Shown here: positions 18,850 through 29,695 of the stretch, one piece after another
Layout of the letters: every line of letters starts with the position of its first letter
Numbering within the stretch: the first letter of the stretch is position 1
Assembly (NCBI GenBank): GCA_903871555.1
Contig: CAIQHM010000049.1
Span: 1-56,235 of the forward strand
DNA length: 56,235 nucleotides
Reading direction: 5' to 3'
Source: an uncultured Actinomycetes bacterium
GTDB taxonomy: Bacteria; Actinomycetota; Actinomycetes; Nanopelagicales; Nanopelagicaceae
Program-made: the position numbers and the translations under genes
The notes under the pieces: model-generated
The model's input: the letters and a program-made list of their open reading frames with translations, nothing else
Told to the model about the DNA's origin: nothing
The model's database searches: none

Positions 18850-19035
18850 TTAACCCTGATTTAACGCGGAAAGTAGACGAGATTTCCCACTCGTGATAAC
18901 GCCTTGAACTGCGCGTTCTGGCACCCCAAGGGTCTCTGCAATCTCTTTTGGTGTCATCGAGCGGATGTAATGCATTGTAAGAATGAAGCGCTCTTCCTCT
19001 GGCAAGCTTGCGAGAAGTTCAGAGAGTGCGCCCAT
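18850..19035 (-). CDS. Stand-alone sigma-70 region 4 HTH microprotein (61 aa)
   Basis: LASLPEEERFILTMHY...MTPKEIAETLGVPERAV...KSRL; TAACCT box 6 nt upstream of ATG 19035. Confidence 0.75.
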   Translation of the reverse strand: MGALSELLASLPEEERFILTMHYIRSMTPKEIAETLGVPERAVQGVITSGKSRLLSALNQG

Positions 19036-19052
19036 GAACACAGGTTACTCTG

Positions 19053-19586
19053 CTAATTAGAGCAGGCGCGGATTGCGCTTGGAATATCGCGGCACCATGC
19101 AATAAGTTCGTTTGATGGCGCACCAATAAATTCTTCCGCGCTTATGTAATCGAGAGCGCTTTGCAATAGCGTGAATGTTCCATAGGGATCGCAGACCACC
19201 ACTGGTTTTGCGTGATATCCCAATTTACGGCCAACCCAAATTTCGAAGAATTCTTCTAAGGTGCCGATGCCGCCAGGTAACATAATAAATGCATCAGAAA
19301 TCTCTTCGATTTTTGCTTTGCGAGTTCGCATATTTGAAACTATAAACATCTCTGTAGTTTCTGGATCTTCAAATTCAACTGTTACAAGCTTCTCTGGAAT
19401 TACTCCGAAAGTTTTTGCACCGCGCTTTCGAGCGCCCTTTGCTACTGCGCCCATCATAGAAATTTGGCCACCGCCCCAAACTAGGTCAGCACCACTGTTC
19501 GCAATTTCTACACCAACATCAAAGGCCAGATCTAGATACTTCTGGTCAATACTTGGTGAGGCTGAGCAATAAACGGCTATTCGCAT
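19053..19586 (-). CDS. LOG-family nucleotide phosphoribohydrolase (TIGR00730)
   Basis: VYCSAS, WGGG..SMMG, MRTRK, LPGGIGTLEE. Confidence 0.92.
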   Translation of the reverse strand: MRIAVYCSASPSIDQKYLDLAFDVGVEIANSGADLVWGGGQISMMGAVAKGARKRGAKTFGVIPEKLVTVEFEDPETTEMFIVSNMRTRKAKIEEISDAFIMLPGGIGTLEEFFEIWVGRKLGYHAKPVVVCDPYGTFTLLQSALDYISAEEFIGAPSNELIAWCRDIPSAIRACSN

Positions 19587-19631
19587 AATAAATGAAGTCT
19601 AGTAGTTAACTGGTTTTGGTAGCGTTATCTC

Positions 19632-20549
19632 ATGAGAAGCGCCTTCGGATTTGGAATTGCCAGCACCACAAACAGTGGTGAAGTTTTGGATGTTTGGTTT
19701 GATTCCCTTGGGTTAGGCAAGCTCGCAGAAAATAATGGGCCCGACCTCACTGAATTCATCGGGGTCGATGCAATTCGTGATGTGACGAAATCAAAGGTCG
19801 CAATCGAAATCGATTTAGATGCCGCGCCAAAAGATGTGGCAGATGCCTACCTTCGCCTGCATTTACTTTCGCACCGAATCGTTAATCCACATGGCCAATC
19901 ATTAGATGGCATATTCGGGATTTTAAATAACGTTGTTTGGACTTCTGCAGGTCCATGTGCGGTTTCTACATTTAGTTCGGTCGGCCCAAAGCTTCGCGCA
20001 AAGTACGGAACGCTTACAGTATTTTCGGTTGATAAATTCCCAAGAATGGTTGATTACGTTGTGCCTGAAGGAGTTCGTATCGCAGATGCAGATCGCGTTC
20101 GACTTGGTGCACATCTTGCAAGTGGAACAACTGTTATGCACGAAGGTTTTGTAAATTTCAATGCCGGAACTCTTGGTAAGTCCATGGTGGAAGGTCGAAT
20201 AAGCGCAGGAGTTGTTGTTGGTGACGGAAGTGATATTGGTGGCGGCGCTTCAATCATGGGAACCTTAAGTGGCGGCGGTAAACAAGTTATTTCAATTGGT
20301 GAACGTTGTTTACTTGGTGCAAATGCCGGACTCGGGATTTCGCTCGGCGATGATTGCGTTATTGAATCAGGTACATATATAACTGCTGGCTCAAAAATAA
20401 CTTTGCCTGACGGTGAAGTAGTAAAAGCAAGTGAGCTTTCAGGCGCTAGTAATTTACTTTTCCGTAGAAATTCTAAGACTGGCGCACTTGAAGCCCTTCC
20501 AAAAACTGGAAGTTGGGGCGGCCTGAATTCAGTTCTACACGCTAATTAA
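19632..20549 (+). CDS. dapD: Tetrahydrodipicolinate N-succinyltransferase
   Basis: [44 protein letters not shown]. Confidence 0.96.
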   Translation: MRSAFGFGIASTTNSGEVLDVWFDSLGLGKLAENNGPDLTEFIGVDAIRDVTKSKVAIEIDLDAAPKDVADAYLRLHLLSHRIVNPHGQSLDGIFGILNNVVWTSAGPCAVSTFSSVGPKLRAKYGTLTVFSVDKFPRMVDYVVPEGVRIADADRVRLGAHLASGTTVMHEGFVNFNAGTLGKSMVEGRISAGVVVGDGSDIGGGASIMGTLSGGGKQVISIGERCLLGANAGLGISLGDDCVIESGTYITAGSKITLPDGEVVKASELSGASNLLFRRNSKTGALEALPKTGSWGGLNSVLHAN

Positions 20550-21724
20550 TTATTAATTAAATCAAACCAAGATGAAGGTAATTTCACCGCAGTTTTAAAA
20601 GTGCCCACTGGCAAAACCTTTGATTTACCATTTGTCGCAAACCCTTTTATAAATAACACACTATTTGTGGCTGTCCTGGAAACTATTTCATAGCGTTCGA
20701 TATCTGGTAATCCAAAGGCTTTTGCCATTACTTTTTGAGAGACTTTTTTACTCCAACTTGCGTAATTCTTATTAATCGCCGGATCAATACTCCAAGGATC
20801 AGGAACGCTAACTAGGTGCGGGATATCGGTCCCCCAAACATCTACAGCTCGCTGTGTCATTCCACCAGTAGAAGAAGAGAAGAAAACACTAATTGGAGAT
20901 CCATCGATTGTTATCGCAAGTCCATGCTCGGCATCCACTGCAGTTGCATCCACTGCGGCCTTCCAGAGCTGGCCATATTTTGCTTCGCCCTCTTTTGAAA
21001 ATCCGGCAAAGGCTTGATCATATTTAGAGTTATAAACATGACAATCGCAAGCCTTCTTAATGGAATTCATTCGCATCAGTGCATATGTGCGTGAAGCAAT
21101 TGCTTGGCTTTGTAGTGTTGCGGCCGGCCAAGAAGATGGAACTTCGGCGATTCCATATAGATATTCATCATGAAGGCGCAACAAATTCGTTGCTTCAATT
21201 CGATAGCCAATTGCGGCAGCCTTAACTGCGCGGAGCTGGATGTACCCATGGCTAATTAGAAAATTAGTTGTGCCATAGTTCAAAGTCACTACTGAATTGG
21301 GATTACTCCATTTAATTAGCCAAATCTTTGCACTGCCATTAGCGCTTGTAATTAAATCGCCCGCGATCGAAAAATTGAGTGGCGTATTTGGCGCTAATGC
21401 AGTTTCGCTAAGCCCCTCACTTTGAATCGTGAAGAAATCTCCTGAAGTATTGGATATCGAAAGTGCTGAAACTTGGTGGGCGACATTTACGCTGATAGTT
21501 GCAGTATCTTCGACTGGAGTTACTTGAGCATCTGGAAAGTAATAGTTGAGAATTTCAGTTGCTGACTTACCTTCTAAAGCCTGCCCCTTTGCGCCATATT
21601 GACTTAGCCCAACCCCGTGACCGTAGCCCGATCCTACAAAGGTAAAAGATTTTGGTACTGCAGCGTTCGCTTGTGAAATGGTTGCGAAGCTAATTAAAAC
21701 GATTAAAGCAGCAAATTTTTTCAT
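20546..21724 (-). CDS. Secreted SpoIID/LytB-domain protein
   Basis: Signal peptide from ATG 21724; [13 protein letters not shown]...[41 protein letters not shown]. Confidence 0.88.
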   Translation of the reverse strand: MKKFAALIVLISFATISQANAAVPKSFTFVGSGYGHGVGLSQYGAKGQALEGKSATEILNYYFPDAQVTPVEDTATISVNVAHQVSALSISNTSGDFFTIQSEGLSETALAPNTPLNFSIAGDLITSANGSAKIWLIKWSNPNSVVTLNYGTTNFLISHGYIQLRAVKAAAIGYRIEATNLLRLHDEYLYGIAEVPSSWPAATLQSQAIASRTYALMRMNSIKKACDCHVYNSKYDQAFAGFSKEGEAKYGQLWKAAVDATAVDAEHGLAITIDGSPISVFFSSSTGGMTQRAVDVWGTDIPHLVSVPDPWSIDPAINKNYASWSKKVSQKVMAKAFGLPDIERYEIVSRTATNSVLFIKGFATNGKSKVLPVGTFKTAVKLPSSWFDLINN

Positions 21725-22707
21725 TCCGCTTCGGCCAGCAAATTTCTCGGTGAAAATAAATAGCCCGCGCCCCAAACCATATGCATAGTTAAAAGGACTA
21801 CTGGCAGAATCAATTTATCTGACATTGTCTTACCTATAACAAGTGATCCAAAAATTATAGAAGCTAAATACGTAGCAATAGGTATGAGGAATATCGGTGA
21901 GTAAATTAGGCCGAAAATAATTGATAGGGCATTTATTACAAGTGCAGTAGGTGGCGCCAAATAACGCAAGTTTACGCTGCCGCTATGGCTGCGAGAAACT
22001 GCGCGCCGCCAAGTTCCATATTGAAAATATTGTTTAGCGAGCGCTTTAAGCGTTGATCTTGGGCGATATGTAACAACGAGAGATGGATCAAACCAGATAG
22101 TTCCACCATTTTTTCGCAATCTGAAATTTAGTTCCCAATCTTGGGCGCGGGTAAATCTTTCGTCATAGCCACCAGCGGCAAGTAGCGCAGATTTTTGAAA
22201 GGTACCGAGATAAACAGTGTCTGCTGGGCCTGCGATTCCACCAGTGTGAAATCGAGAGGAGCCGACGCCAAGTGGCGAGCGCATTGCCGTTGCAACAGCT
22301 TTTTCAAATTTACTTTTTCCAACTGCTGCCATGATTCCACCAACATTTACCGCACCACTCTTATTAAGAATTGCTACGGCATCTCGTAGATAGGTAGGTG
22401 AAATTTCAGAATGACCATCAATCCGCGAAATAATTGAATATTTCGCTCTTGCAATAGCCGCATTTAATCCACTTGCAGTTCTGCCAGTCGGGTTTTCAAC
22501 TAACACCACTCTGGAATCTTTAGCAGCCAACTCCGAAGCAATCTCTGATGTTCGATCGCGAGATGGGCCAAGGGCCAAAATTACTTCGAAATCACCGCTG
22601 AAATCTTGCGCCAAGATTGCAGAAATGCTCTCGTATAAGTGGCGCTCCTCATTGAGGATGGGCAGAACAACCGAAACCCCAGTTATTCCACTAGAAACCT
22701 GATTCAT
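21721..22707 (-). CDS. Glycosyltransferase family 2 (ExoA-like)
   Basis: VSVVLPILNEE, RIDGH, DTVYLG, QDWELNFRLR, QYFQYG; start ATG 22707 with TACCGT 7 nt upstream. Confidence 0.9.
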   Translation of the reverse strand: MNQVSSGITGVSVVLPILNEERHLYESISAILAQDFSGDFEVILALGPSRDRTSEIASELAAKDSRVVLVENPTGRTASGLNAAIARAKYSIISRIDGHSEISPTYLRDAVAILNKSGAVNVGGIMAAVGKSKFEKAVATAMRSPLGVGSSRFHTGGIAGPADTVYLGTFQKSALLAAGGYDERFTRAQDWELNFRLRKNGGTIWFDPSLVVTYRPRSTLKALAKQYFQYGTWRRAVSRSHSGSVNLRYLAPPTALVINALSIIFGLIYSPIFLIPIATYLASIIFGSLVIGKTMSDKLILPVVLLTMHMVWGAGYLFSPRNLLAEAE

Positions 22708-22747
22708 ATCTCTAACGGTAGCGTTTCCTCGCACTAGTATCGGGCAA

Positions 22748-24058
22748 ATGAAGCTTAAAGTTTCCGTAATTGGTACTGGGTATCTAGGCGCTACCCATGC
22801 GGCCTGTATGTCATCACTTGGTTTTGAAGTTATTGGTGTTGATGTTGATGCCAGCAAAATTGCGCTCTTGGCATCAGGAAAAGTTCCTTTTTATGAGCCC
22901 GGGCTTGAAGAGTTGCTACAAAAAGAGATTGCTACTGGTCGCCTTACATTCTCTACTGATTTCAACGCGATTTCCGATGCAGATGTTCACTTCATATGTG
23001 TTGGCACACCACAGAGTCAAAACTCATTAGCTGCCGATCTTAAATATGTTGATGCCGCTTTAGATGCAATTGCCCCAATTTGTAAGCCAGGCTCTTTGGT
23101 AGTTGGTAAATCAACAGTTCCGGTTGGAACAGCGGCAAGACTGCGGGAGAGATTATTAAAGGCAAATCCTAAGGTTGATCTTGCTTGGAATCCCGAATTC
23201 TTACGTGAAGGTTTTGCAGTTGAAGATACCCTGCGACCAAACCGACTTGTAGTCGGAGTGGTTAATGATGCAGCCGAAGCCAAATTGAAAGAGATTTACA
23301 AAACTAACTTGGAAGCCAACACACCTTGGGTTAGAGCAGATCTACCAACATCAGAGTTAGTAAAGGTTGCAGCAAATTCATTTCTTGCGACAAAAATTTC
23401 ATTTATTAATGCAATGGCAGAAGTTTGTGAAGCTGCTGGTGGAGATGTAACAGTATTAGCCAAGGCAATCGGCTACGACCCAAGAATTGGAAGTCGATTC
23501 TTACAGGCAGGAATTGGTTTTGGTGGCGGTTGTTTACCGAAAGATATCCGCGCATTTATGGCTCGCGCTGGTGAACTTGGCGCCGATCAAGCACTCGAGT
23601 TCTTACGCGAAATTGATTCAATTAATCTAAGAGCAAGAGCACGCGTTATTGAATTAGTTCGCAAAGATCTTTCAGATAATTTAACTGGCAAGAAGATTGC
23701 AGTACTTGGCGCCGCATTTAAACCAGATAGCGATGATGTTCGCGACTCCCCTGCATTAGATATTGCAGTTCAAATTGCAGCCGCTGGTGCGACTGTAACT
23801 ATTCATGATCCCAAAGCTATTGAGCCAGCAAAGAAACGTTTCCCAGCACTTGGCTTTGCCGAAAAGATTGAAGATGCATTGGCAGGCGCTGATTTAGTTC
23901 TGCATTTAACTGAGTGGAAGGTTTACCGCGAACTTGATCCAGTAAAGATGAAATCTTTAGTAGCTAACCCAATAATTATTGATGGCCGCAACGCACTCGA
24001 CCGCGAGGCCTGGATTGCTGCCGGTTGGAAATTTAGGGCACTGGGGCGAGCAAATTAA
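22748..24058 (+). CDS. ugd: UDP-glucose 6-dehydrogenase
   Basis: GTGYLG, VGTP, KSTVPVGT, NPEFLREG, GFGGGCLPKD, FKPDSDDVRDSP, DGRN. Confidence 0.95.
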   Translation: MKLKVSVIGTGYLGATHAACMSSLGFEVIGVDVDASKIALLASGKVPFYEPGLEELLQKEIATGRLTFSTDFNAISDADVHFICVGTPQSQNSLAADLKYVDAALDAIAPICKPGSLVVGKSTVPVGTAARLRERLLKANPKVDLAWNPEFLREGFAVEDTLRPNRLVVGVVNDAAEAKLKEIYKTNLEANTPWVRADLPTSELVKVAANSFLATKISFINAMAEVCEAAGGDVTVLAKAIGYDPRIGSRFLQAGIGFGGGCLPKDIRAFMARAGELGADQALEFLREIDSINLRARARVIELVRKDLSDNLTGKKIAVLGAAFKPDSDDVRDSPALDIAVQIAAAGATVTIHDPKAIEPAKKRFPALGFAEKIEDALAGADLVLHLTEWKVYRELDPVKMKSLVANPIIIDGRNALDREAWIAAGWKFRALGRAN

Positions 24059-24452
24059 CCAAGATGAAATCATCGACATAGTTCTAGGTTTAAAAACTTG
24101 GGCAGTTGTTGGTCTTGGAAATAATCCAGAACGAGCCGCATTCGGTGTCGCCAAACTGTTGCAAGACAAAGGTCACAAAATTATTCCGGTTTATCCTAGA
24201 GCTGAAATAGTGCACGGTGAAATCGGATATAAATCACTTGCGCAAATTCCAGAACAAGTTGATGTTGTTGATTGTTTTGTTAATTCAAGCTTAGTTGGCA
24301 GAGTTGTTGATGAAGCGATTGCAATTGGCGCTAAAGCAGTCTGGTTGCAACTAGATGTAATTGATCAAGCGGCAATTGAAAGAGCGAAGAAAGCTGGGCT
24401 ATATACCGTTATGGATCGCTGCCCTGCTATTGAATATCGAAAGCGCGCTTAA
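24054..24452 (+). CDS. CoA-binding protein (YccU-like)
   Basis: TWAVVGL, IIPVYP, VDVVDCF, AVWLQL, VMDRCPAIE. Start uncertain: ATT 24054, TTG 24015, or 23979/23982. Confidence 0.85.
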   Translation: MNQDEIIDIVLGLKTWAVVGLGNNPERAAFGVAKLLQDKGHKIIPVYPRAEIVHGEIGYKSLAQIPEQVDVVDCFVNSSLVGRVVDEAIAIGAKAVWLQLDVIDQAAIERAKKAGLYTVMDRCPAIEYRKRA

Positions 24453-25684
24453 ATAACTTTAGATCTCTGAAGTTTTATTGACCAGATACCAAGTGCAATA
24501 ACAACAATTGCAGTCGCATAGCAAAGAGCTGCATATGAAAATATTCCGATGATAACTCCGCCAACTGCGGCGCCTCCTGCGCCCATTAAATTCATAACTA
24601 AATCACTCGCACCTTGTGTTGAGGGACGCATATCAATGCTGACTGTTTCCGAAAGAAGGGTTGACCCAGCTATTAATGTAAATGACCAACCAAGCCCAAG
24701 TAAAAAGAGTCCGATTCCAAGAATGAAAGAATTGTGATGTGGAGCTAATCCCGAAATAATTGCCGAAGCAGTAAGAATTACGATTCCAATTTGAATAGTC
24801 TTTATTCGACCTATCTTGTCGCTGATTGTTCCAACAATTGGCGAAAATGCATACATACCTAAAACGTGAACACTTATAACAAATCCAATAATTCTCAGAG
24901 TTACATCAAAATGTGCCATATGGACGGGCGTCATAACCATGATAGAGACCATTGCTAGATGGCCAATCGCAACTGCAGCGATCGCAAAAAGTGCGACTGG
25001 GTATTTACGAATGTGTGCCAATGCCGCCCGAGTTGTTTCATGTTTCTTCTGTGTTAATCCGTCAGAAGAACGATTCGCCAATAGGTACGGATCAGGCTTC
25101 AGGAATAATTGAATAACGATTACAGCAAATGCAAGAGTTGTTGCCGCAATAAAATATGGACCTACTAATTTCGGCAATCCTAAAAACACCGCAAATTTTC
25201 CAGAAGGTTCCATTAAATTTGGACCAGTTACCGCTCCAATTGTTGAGCCCCAAACTACAAAGGATAAATTTTTAGATCTATTTTCAGCGGTAGCTAAATC
25301 AATCGCAGCAAATCTCGCTTGATAACCGGAAGCCGAAGCGGCTCCTACTAGGAATGCGCCAAGCAACATAAAGAATAAAATCTTTTGGGTTCCACCAAAG
25401 ATTGCGAGTGCGGCGCCAATTACGCCAGCCGAATATCCGACCGTGAGAGCTAAGCGACGTCCACCGCGTTGCGTAAGACGGGCAAGAGGTAGCGCCATAA
25501 CTGCGGCACCAAGAACTGATGTTGTTTGTGCAAGACCAGATAATCCCTCGGACTTTGTAATCGATGAAACTAATAAAGAACCCGCGGCTACAGTTCCGGC
25601 AACACCTACGCCATTTAATACTTGAGCAGCTCCTAGAACACGGACAACTTTACGTTGATGTGATTCTAAATCTAGATCTGGCAT
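24449..25684 (-). CDS. MFS transporter
   Basis: About 12 TM; GGRR and SDKIGR loop motifs; QARFAA, HVLGMYAFSP. Confidence 0.9.
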   Translation of the reverse strand: MPDLDLESHQRKVVRVLGAAQVLNGVGVAGTVAAGSLLVSSITKSEGLSGLAQTTSVLGAAVMALPLARLTQRGGRRLALTVGYSAGVIGAALAIFGGTQKILFFMLLGAFLVGAASASGYQARFAAIDLATAENRSKNLSFVVWGSTIGAVTGPNLMEPSGKFAVFLGLPKLVGPYFIAATTLAFAVIVIQLFLKPDPYLLANRSSDGLTQKKHETTRAALAHIRKYPVALFAIAAVAIGHLAMVSIMVMTPVHMAHFDVTLRIIGFVISVHVLGMYAFSPIVGTISDKIGRIKTIQIGIVILTASAIISGLAPHHNSFILGIGLFLLGLGWSFTLIAGSTLLSETVSIDMRPSTQGASDLVMNLMGAGGAAVGGVIIGIFSYAALCYATAIVVIALGIWSIKLQRSKVI

Positions 25685-25687
25685 CTC

Positions 25688-26194
25688 CTAGAAGCCAGTT
25701 TTTTGATTGCGCTTGGTTGTTAAATTTGCGCCTTTTTCTTTCGCCTCAGTATTTATCTTTTCAAGTTCTGTGCTTACTTTCTTTGAAACTTCTTGATCAC
25801 TAATACCAAGGATTCTTGCAGCGAGAAGTGCCGCATTCTTTGCATTCCCAACTCCAACAGTTGCAACTGGAACTCCGGCAGGCATTTGAACGATAGAAAG
25901 AAGTGAATCCATTCCATCCAAATTCTTCAATGGAACTGGGACTCCGATTACTGGAAGCGTTGTTAGTGATGCCACCATTCCAGGTAAGTGTGCAGCCCCA
26001 CCTGCGCCAGCAATAATTACTTTGTAACCCTTTGATTTCGCGCTTTGTGCAAACTCAACCATTTCAATTGGCATGCGATGGGCTGAGACAACATCAGCAG
26101 AGTAAGTAATGCCAAGTGCTTCTAAAGTCTTTGCCGCATCTTCCATTACCGGCCAATCAGAATCTGATCCCATAATTATTGCTACATCACTCAT
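25688..26194 (-). CDS. purE: N5-CAIR mutase
   Basis: [35 protein letters not shown]; start at MSDV (26194). Confidence 0.97.
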   Translation of the reverse strand: MSDVAIIMGSDSDWPVMEDAAKTLEALGITYSADVVSAHRMPIEMVEFAQSAKSKGYKVIIAGAGGAAHLPGMVASLTTLPVIGVPVPLKNLDGMDSLLSIVQMPAGVPVATVGVGNAKNAALLAARILGISDQEVSKKVSTELEKINTEAKEKGANLTTKRNQKTGF

Positions 26195-27299
26195 CAATAA
26201 CTCCATTCATGTAGTCAACGGCATGGGCAACTTCTTGCTGCAATTGTAGAAGATTCTCGCCGCACATAGTTACATGGCCAATCTTGCGACCAGGCTTAAC
26301 TTCTTTGCCATATTGATGGAATTTAAGTCCGGGAGTTCGCGCCATCAAGTGCAGGTAAGGACGATACATATCGCTCTTCTCGCCGCCTAAGACATTTCCC
26401 ATGACGGCATATTTGCTTCGCATTGCGGTGCTTCCGAGTGGCAGATCTAAAATTGCACGAAGGTGTTGTTCGAACTGACTTGTTTCTGATCCTTCAATAC
26501 TCCAATGACCAGAATTATGGGGCCGAAGTGCGAGTTCATTTATATAAAAGTTTTCACCGATTATGAACATCTCAACTGCCATAACACCAACTAGTGAGAT
26601 ACCCAATGCAATTTCTAGAGCAGCTGCCTGCACCTTTGCAGAAAGTGAATCTGTAATATCTGGAATTGGCGTAACTGTAGAAGTACAAATTCCATCACTC
26701 TGAATAGTTAAAGTTGCTGGCCAAGTTGCCGCTTGATTATGTGGAGATCTCGCGACCATAACTGCAATTTCGTAATCAAAAGCTAATTTCTCTTCTAAGA
26801 GAAGAGTTCCGGTCTTCTTGTGAAGTTCTGCGAGTTCACTTGGTGTTTGAATGACAAATACTCCTCGGCCGTCGTAGCCGCCTGCAGGAAGTTTGGCGAT
26901 TAACGGAAATTCGAGTTGTGGCTTGCCGCCATCATATTTCTGCCACTTTGGGTTCGGTAAATTTAACTCGGCAATTTTCTTTCGCATCTCTAACTTATCT
27001 TGCGAATATGTAAAAGATTCTGATCTTGGATATACCTTCACGCCGGCTGCTTCTAAGGCTTTGATGACACTTTGTGGAACTAATTCGTGTTCAAAAGTTA
27101 GGACATCACACTCTTTGGCGAAGGCAAGTACTGATTCAACGTTTGAGTAATCCCCCAAAACAAAATGTGCAACTTGGGCTGCTGAATCATTTGGGATTGC
27201 AGCAAAAACTTTAAAATCTAAACCTAAATCATTTGCTGGGACTGCCATCATTCGGGCAAGTTGGCCGGCGCCAATAACACCGACTCTAGGAAAGCTCAC
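26187..27299 (-). CDS. purK: N5-CAIR synthetase
   Basis: [45 protein letters not shown]. Confidence 0.96.
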   Translation of the reverse strand: MSFPRVGVIGAGQLARMMAVPANDLGLDFKVFAAIPNDSAAQVAHFVLGDYSNVESVLAFAKECDVLTFEHELVPQSVIKALEAAGVKVYPRSESFTYSQDKLEMRKKIAELNLPNPKWQKYDGGKPQLEFPLIAKLPAGGYDGRGVFVIQTPSELAELHKKTGTLLLEEKLAFDYEIAVMVARSPHNQAATWPATLTIQSDGICTSTVTPIPDITDSLSAKVQAAALEIALGISLVGVMAVEMFIIGENFYINELALRPHNSGHWSIEGSETSQFEQHLRAILDLPLGSTAMRSKYAVMGNVLGGEKSDMYRPYLHLMARTPGLKFHQYGKEVKPGRKIGHVTMCGENLLQLQQEVAHAVDYMNGVIDE

Positions 27300-28057
27300 T
27301 AGGAAAGTTTACTGTCCAGATGTATTACATCTCCAACCGTGATTATCTGGCCGTTATCAAGGTGAAGCGCACCTGTTGAATCAATATCGGCTGCTATGGC
27401 TTCGACGTTTATTCCGCCAGGTAGTTCAACTCTGACGTTTTTACCAAGGGTTGCGCTAGTTTCGCGATAGAAAGCCACAACATCTTCGCCGCTCTCCCAT
27501 TTAGTTAACGCTGAACTTAGATCGTTTAAGATTTTTGCCAATAAATCATTTCGATCAATTTGCTTTTCAGTTGTTAGAAAAATTGAAGATGCATGTGGAA
27601 CCGGGAGTTCGGCCTGACTCATTGAAACATTTATGCCGATACCTACAATCACACCATTGCCAAATTTTTCTGCAAGTAACCCAGCCACTTTGTGATCACC
27701 GAAGACAATGTCATTTGGCCACTTGCATCTAAAATTATTAGAACCAGTAATCTCATTAATAGTTTTTGCAACACTTGATCCAACAAGTAATGAAAGATAA
27801 CCAAGTTGGGCAATCTCTATCTTCGGTTCAACATAAAATGAAAATAGAAGTGCACTTGATTTTGCTGCAGTAAATGTGCGATCCAATCTGCCACGACCCG
27901 CACTTTGATACTCGGCAGTAATTACATCGCCAACTTTAGGAATACTGGTGCGTAAATAATTTTGTGTTGAATCAATCTCGTCGATTACTGATACCCGCCA
28001 GTAGCCACCACGTAGCGCGCCTGCAATTGCATTTGCGTTCAATAGTTCTGGCTTCAC
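27299..28057 (-). CDS. birA: Biotin--protein ligase (no N-terminal HTH)
   Basis: DST, EYQSAGRGRLDR, KWPND, KVAGLL, GIGINV, VGDV. Confidence 0.93.
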   Translation of the reverse strand: MKPELLNANAIAGALRGGYWRVSVIDEIDSTQNYLRTSIPKVGDVITAEYQSAGRGRLDRTFTAAKSSALLFSFYVEPKIEIAQLGYLSLLVGSSVAKTINEITGSNNFRCKWPNDIVFGDHKVAGLLAEKFGNGVIVGIGINVSMSQAELPVPHASSIFLTTEKQIDRNDLLAKILNDLSSALTKWESGEDVVAFYRETSATLGKNVRVELPGGINVEAIAADIDSTGALHLDNGQIITVGDVIHLDSKLS

Positions 28058-28123
28058 TTAAAGACTCATTTCATCTAATTTATAATTGTATGAAAAATCT
28101 GCTGGAACTAGTAACCTACGACC

Positions 28124-29695
28124 GTGACTGATGATATTCGTACAACAGCCGGAAAGATTGCTGATCTTCGCAGACGTCGTTTGCAAGCCGAAACGAACGG
28201 AACGCCAGAAGCGATCGAGAAGCGTCATGCGCAGGGAAAGTTAACTGCGCGCGAGCGAATTGCCCGATTAGTTGATCCAGGTTCATTTGTTGAAATGGAT
28301 GCCTTCTCGCGACATCGTTCATCAAACTTCGGAATGGATAAGAATCGCATTTACGGCGATGGTGTTGTTACTGGCCACGCAACTGTTGACGGTCGACCAA
28401 TTGCAATTTATTCGCAAGACTTCTTAACTTTCGGTGGAAGTCTTGGCGAAGTTGTTGGCGAAAAAATTGTAAAAGTCATGGAGTTCGCACTTAAGAGTGG
28501 AATCCCAATTGTCGGAATCAATGATTCAGGTGGCGCACGTATCCAAGAAGGCGTTGCATCACTTAGCCAATATGGCGAAATCTTTAAGCGAAATGTTCGG
28601 GCATCTGGTGTTATCCCGCAAATTTCTCTAATCCTTGGCCCAACTGCTGGTGGCGCCGTTTACTCACCTGCAATTACCGACTTCGTAATTATGGTTAATG
28701 AAACATCACAGATGTTTATCACTGGTCCAGATGTAATTAAAGCTGTTACCGGAGAAGAAGTTGGGATGGAAGAACTTGGCGGTGCGCGTACGCACAACAC
28801 CAAGACTGGAAATTCACATTACCTTGCCGATAGCGAAGATGATGCAATTGATTACGTAAAAGCGCTTCTCTCTTATCTGCCTAGTAACAATATGGATGAG
28901 CCACCTGTCCTGCCTGCTACCGAGAGCAGTGATGTTGCACCATCAGATCGCGCGCTCGATTCGCTAATTCCAGATAATCCAAATAAGCCTTATGACATGA
29001 AAGTTTTAGTTGAAGCAATCTTGGACGAAGCTGATTTCTTAGAAGTTCACACACTTTATGCACCAAATATTTTGGTTGGCTTTGGTCGCATAGAGGGTCA
29101 CTCAGTTGGAATCATTGCAAATCAACCACAAGCACTTGCAGGAACGCTAGATATTGCGGCAAGCGAGAAAGCCGCTCGTTTTGTTCGCACATGTGATGCA
29201 TTTGGTATTCCCGTTATTACTTTGGTCGATGTTCCAGGATTCTTGCCAGGTACCGAACAAGAATGGAACGGAATCATTCGCCGCGGTGCCAAACTGCTTT
29301 ATGCATATGGCGAAGCAACTGTTCCGCTAATTACAGTTATTACGCGCAAGGCTTATGGCGGTGCCTACATTGTGATGGGTTCAAAACATCTTGGTGCAGA
29401 TGTAAATCTTGCATGGCCAACTGCTCAAATTGCAGTGATGGGCGCCCAAGGCGCGGTAAATATTCTGCATCGTAAAGAGTTGGCAGAATCAAAAGATGTC
29501 GATGCAAAGCGCAAAGAGTTAATTGAAGATTACGAAGAAACTCTACTAAATCCTTATATTGCTGCCGATCGTGGTTTTATCGATTCTGTAATCGAACCAC
29601 AAGAGACTCGTCATCAAATTGTTAAGGCGCTAAACGCACTTCGCAATAAGCGTGTGGCACTTCCACCACGCAAGCACGGAAATATTCCGCTCTAA
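28124..29695 (+). CDS. Acyl-CoA carboxylase beta subunit (AccD5/PccB type)
   Basis: [50 protein letters not shown]. Confidence 0.95.
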   Translation: MTDDIRTTAGKIADLRRRRLQAETNGTPEAIEKRHAQGKLTARERIARLVDPGSFVEMDAFSRHRSSNFGMDKNRIYGDGVVTGHATVDGRPIAIYSQDFLTFGGSLGEVVGEKIVKVMEFALKSGIPIVGINDSGGARIQEGVASLSQYGEIFKRNVRASGVIPQISLILGPTAGGAVYSPAITDFVIMVNETSQMFITGPDVIKAVTGEEVGMEELGGARTHNTKTGNSHYLADSEDDAIDYVKALLSYLPSNNMDEPPVLPATESSDVAPSDRALDSLIPDNPNKPYDMKVLVEAILDEADFLEVHTLYAPNILVGFGRIEGHSVGIIANQPQALAGTLDIAASEKAARFVRTCDAFGIPVITLVDVPGFLPGTEQEWNGIIRRGAKLLYAYGEATVPLITVITRKAYGGAYIVMGSKHLGADVNLAWPTAQIAVMGAQGAVNILHRKELAESKDVDAKRKELIEDYEETLLNPYIAADRGFIDSVIEPQETRHQIVKALNALRNKRVALPPRKHGNIPL

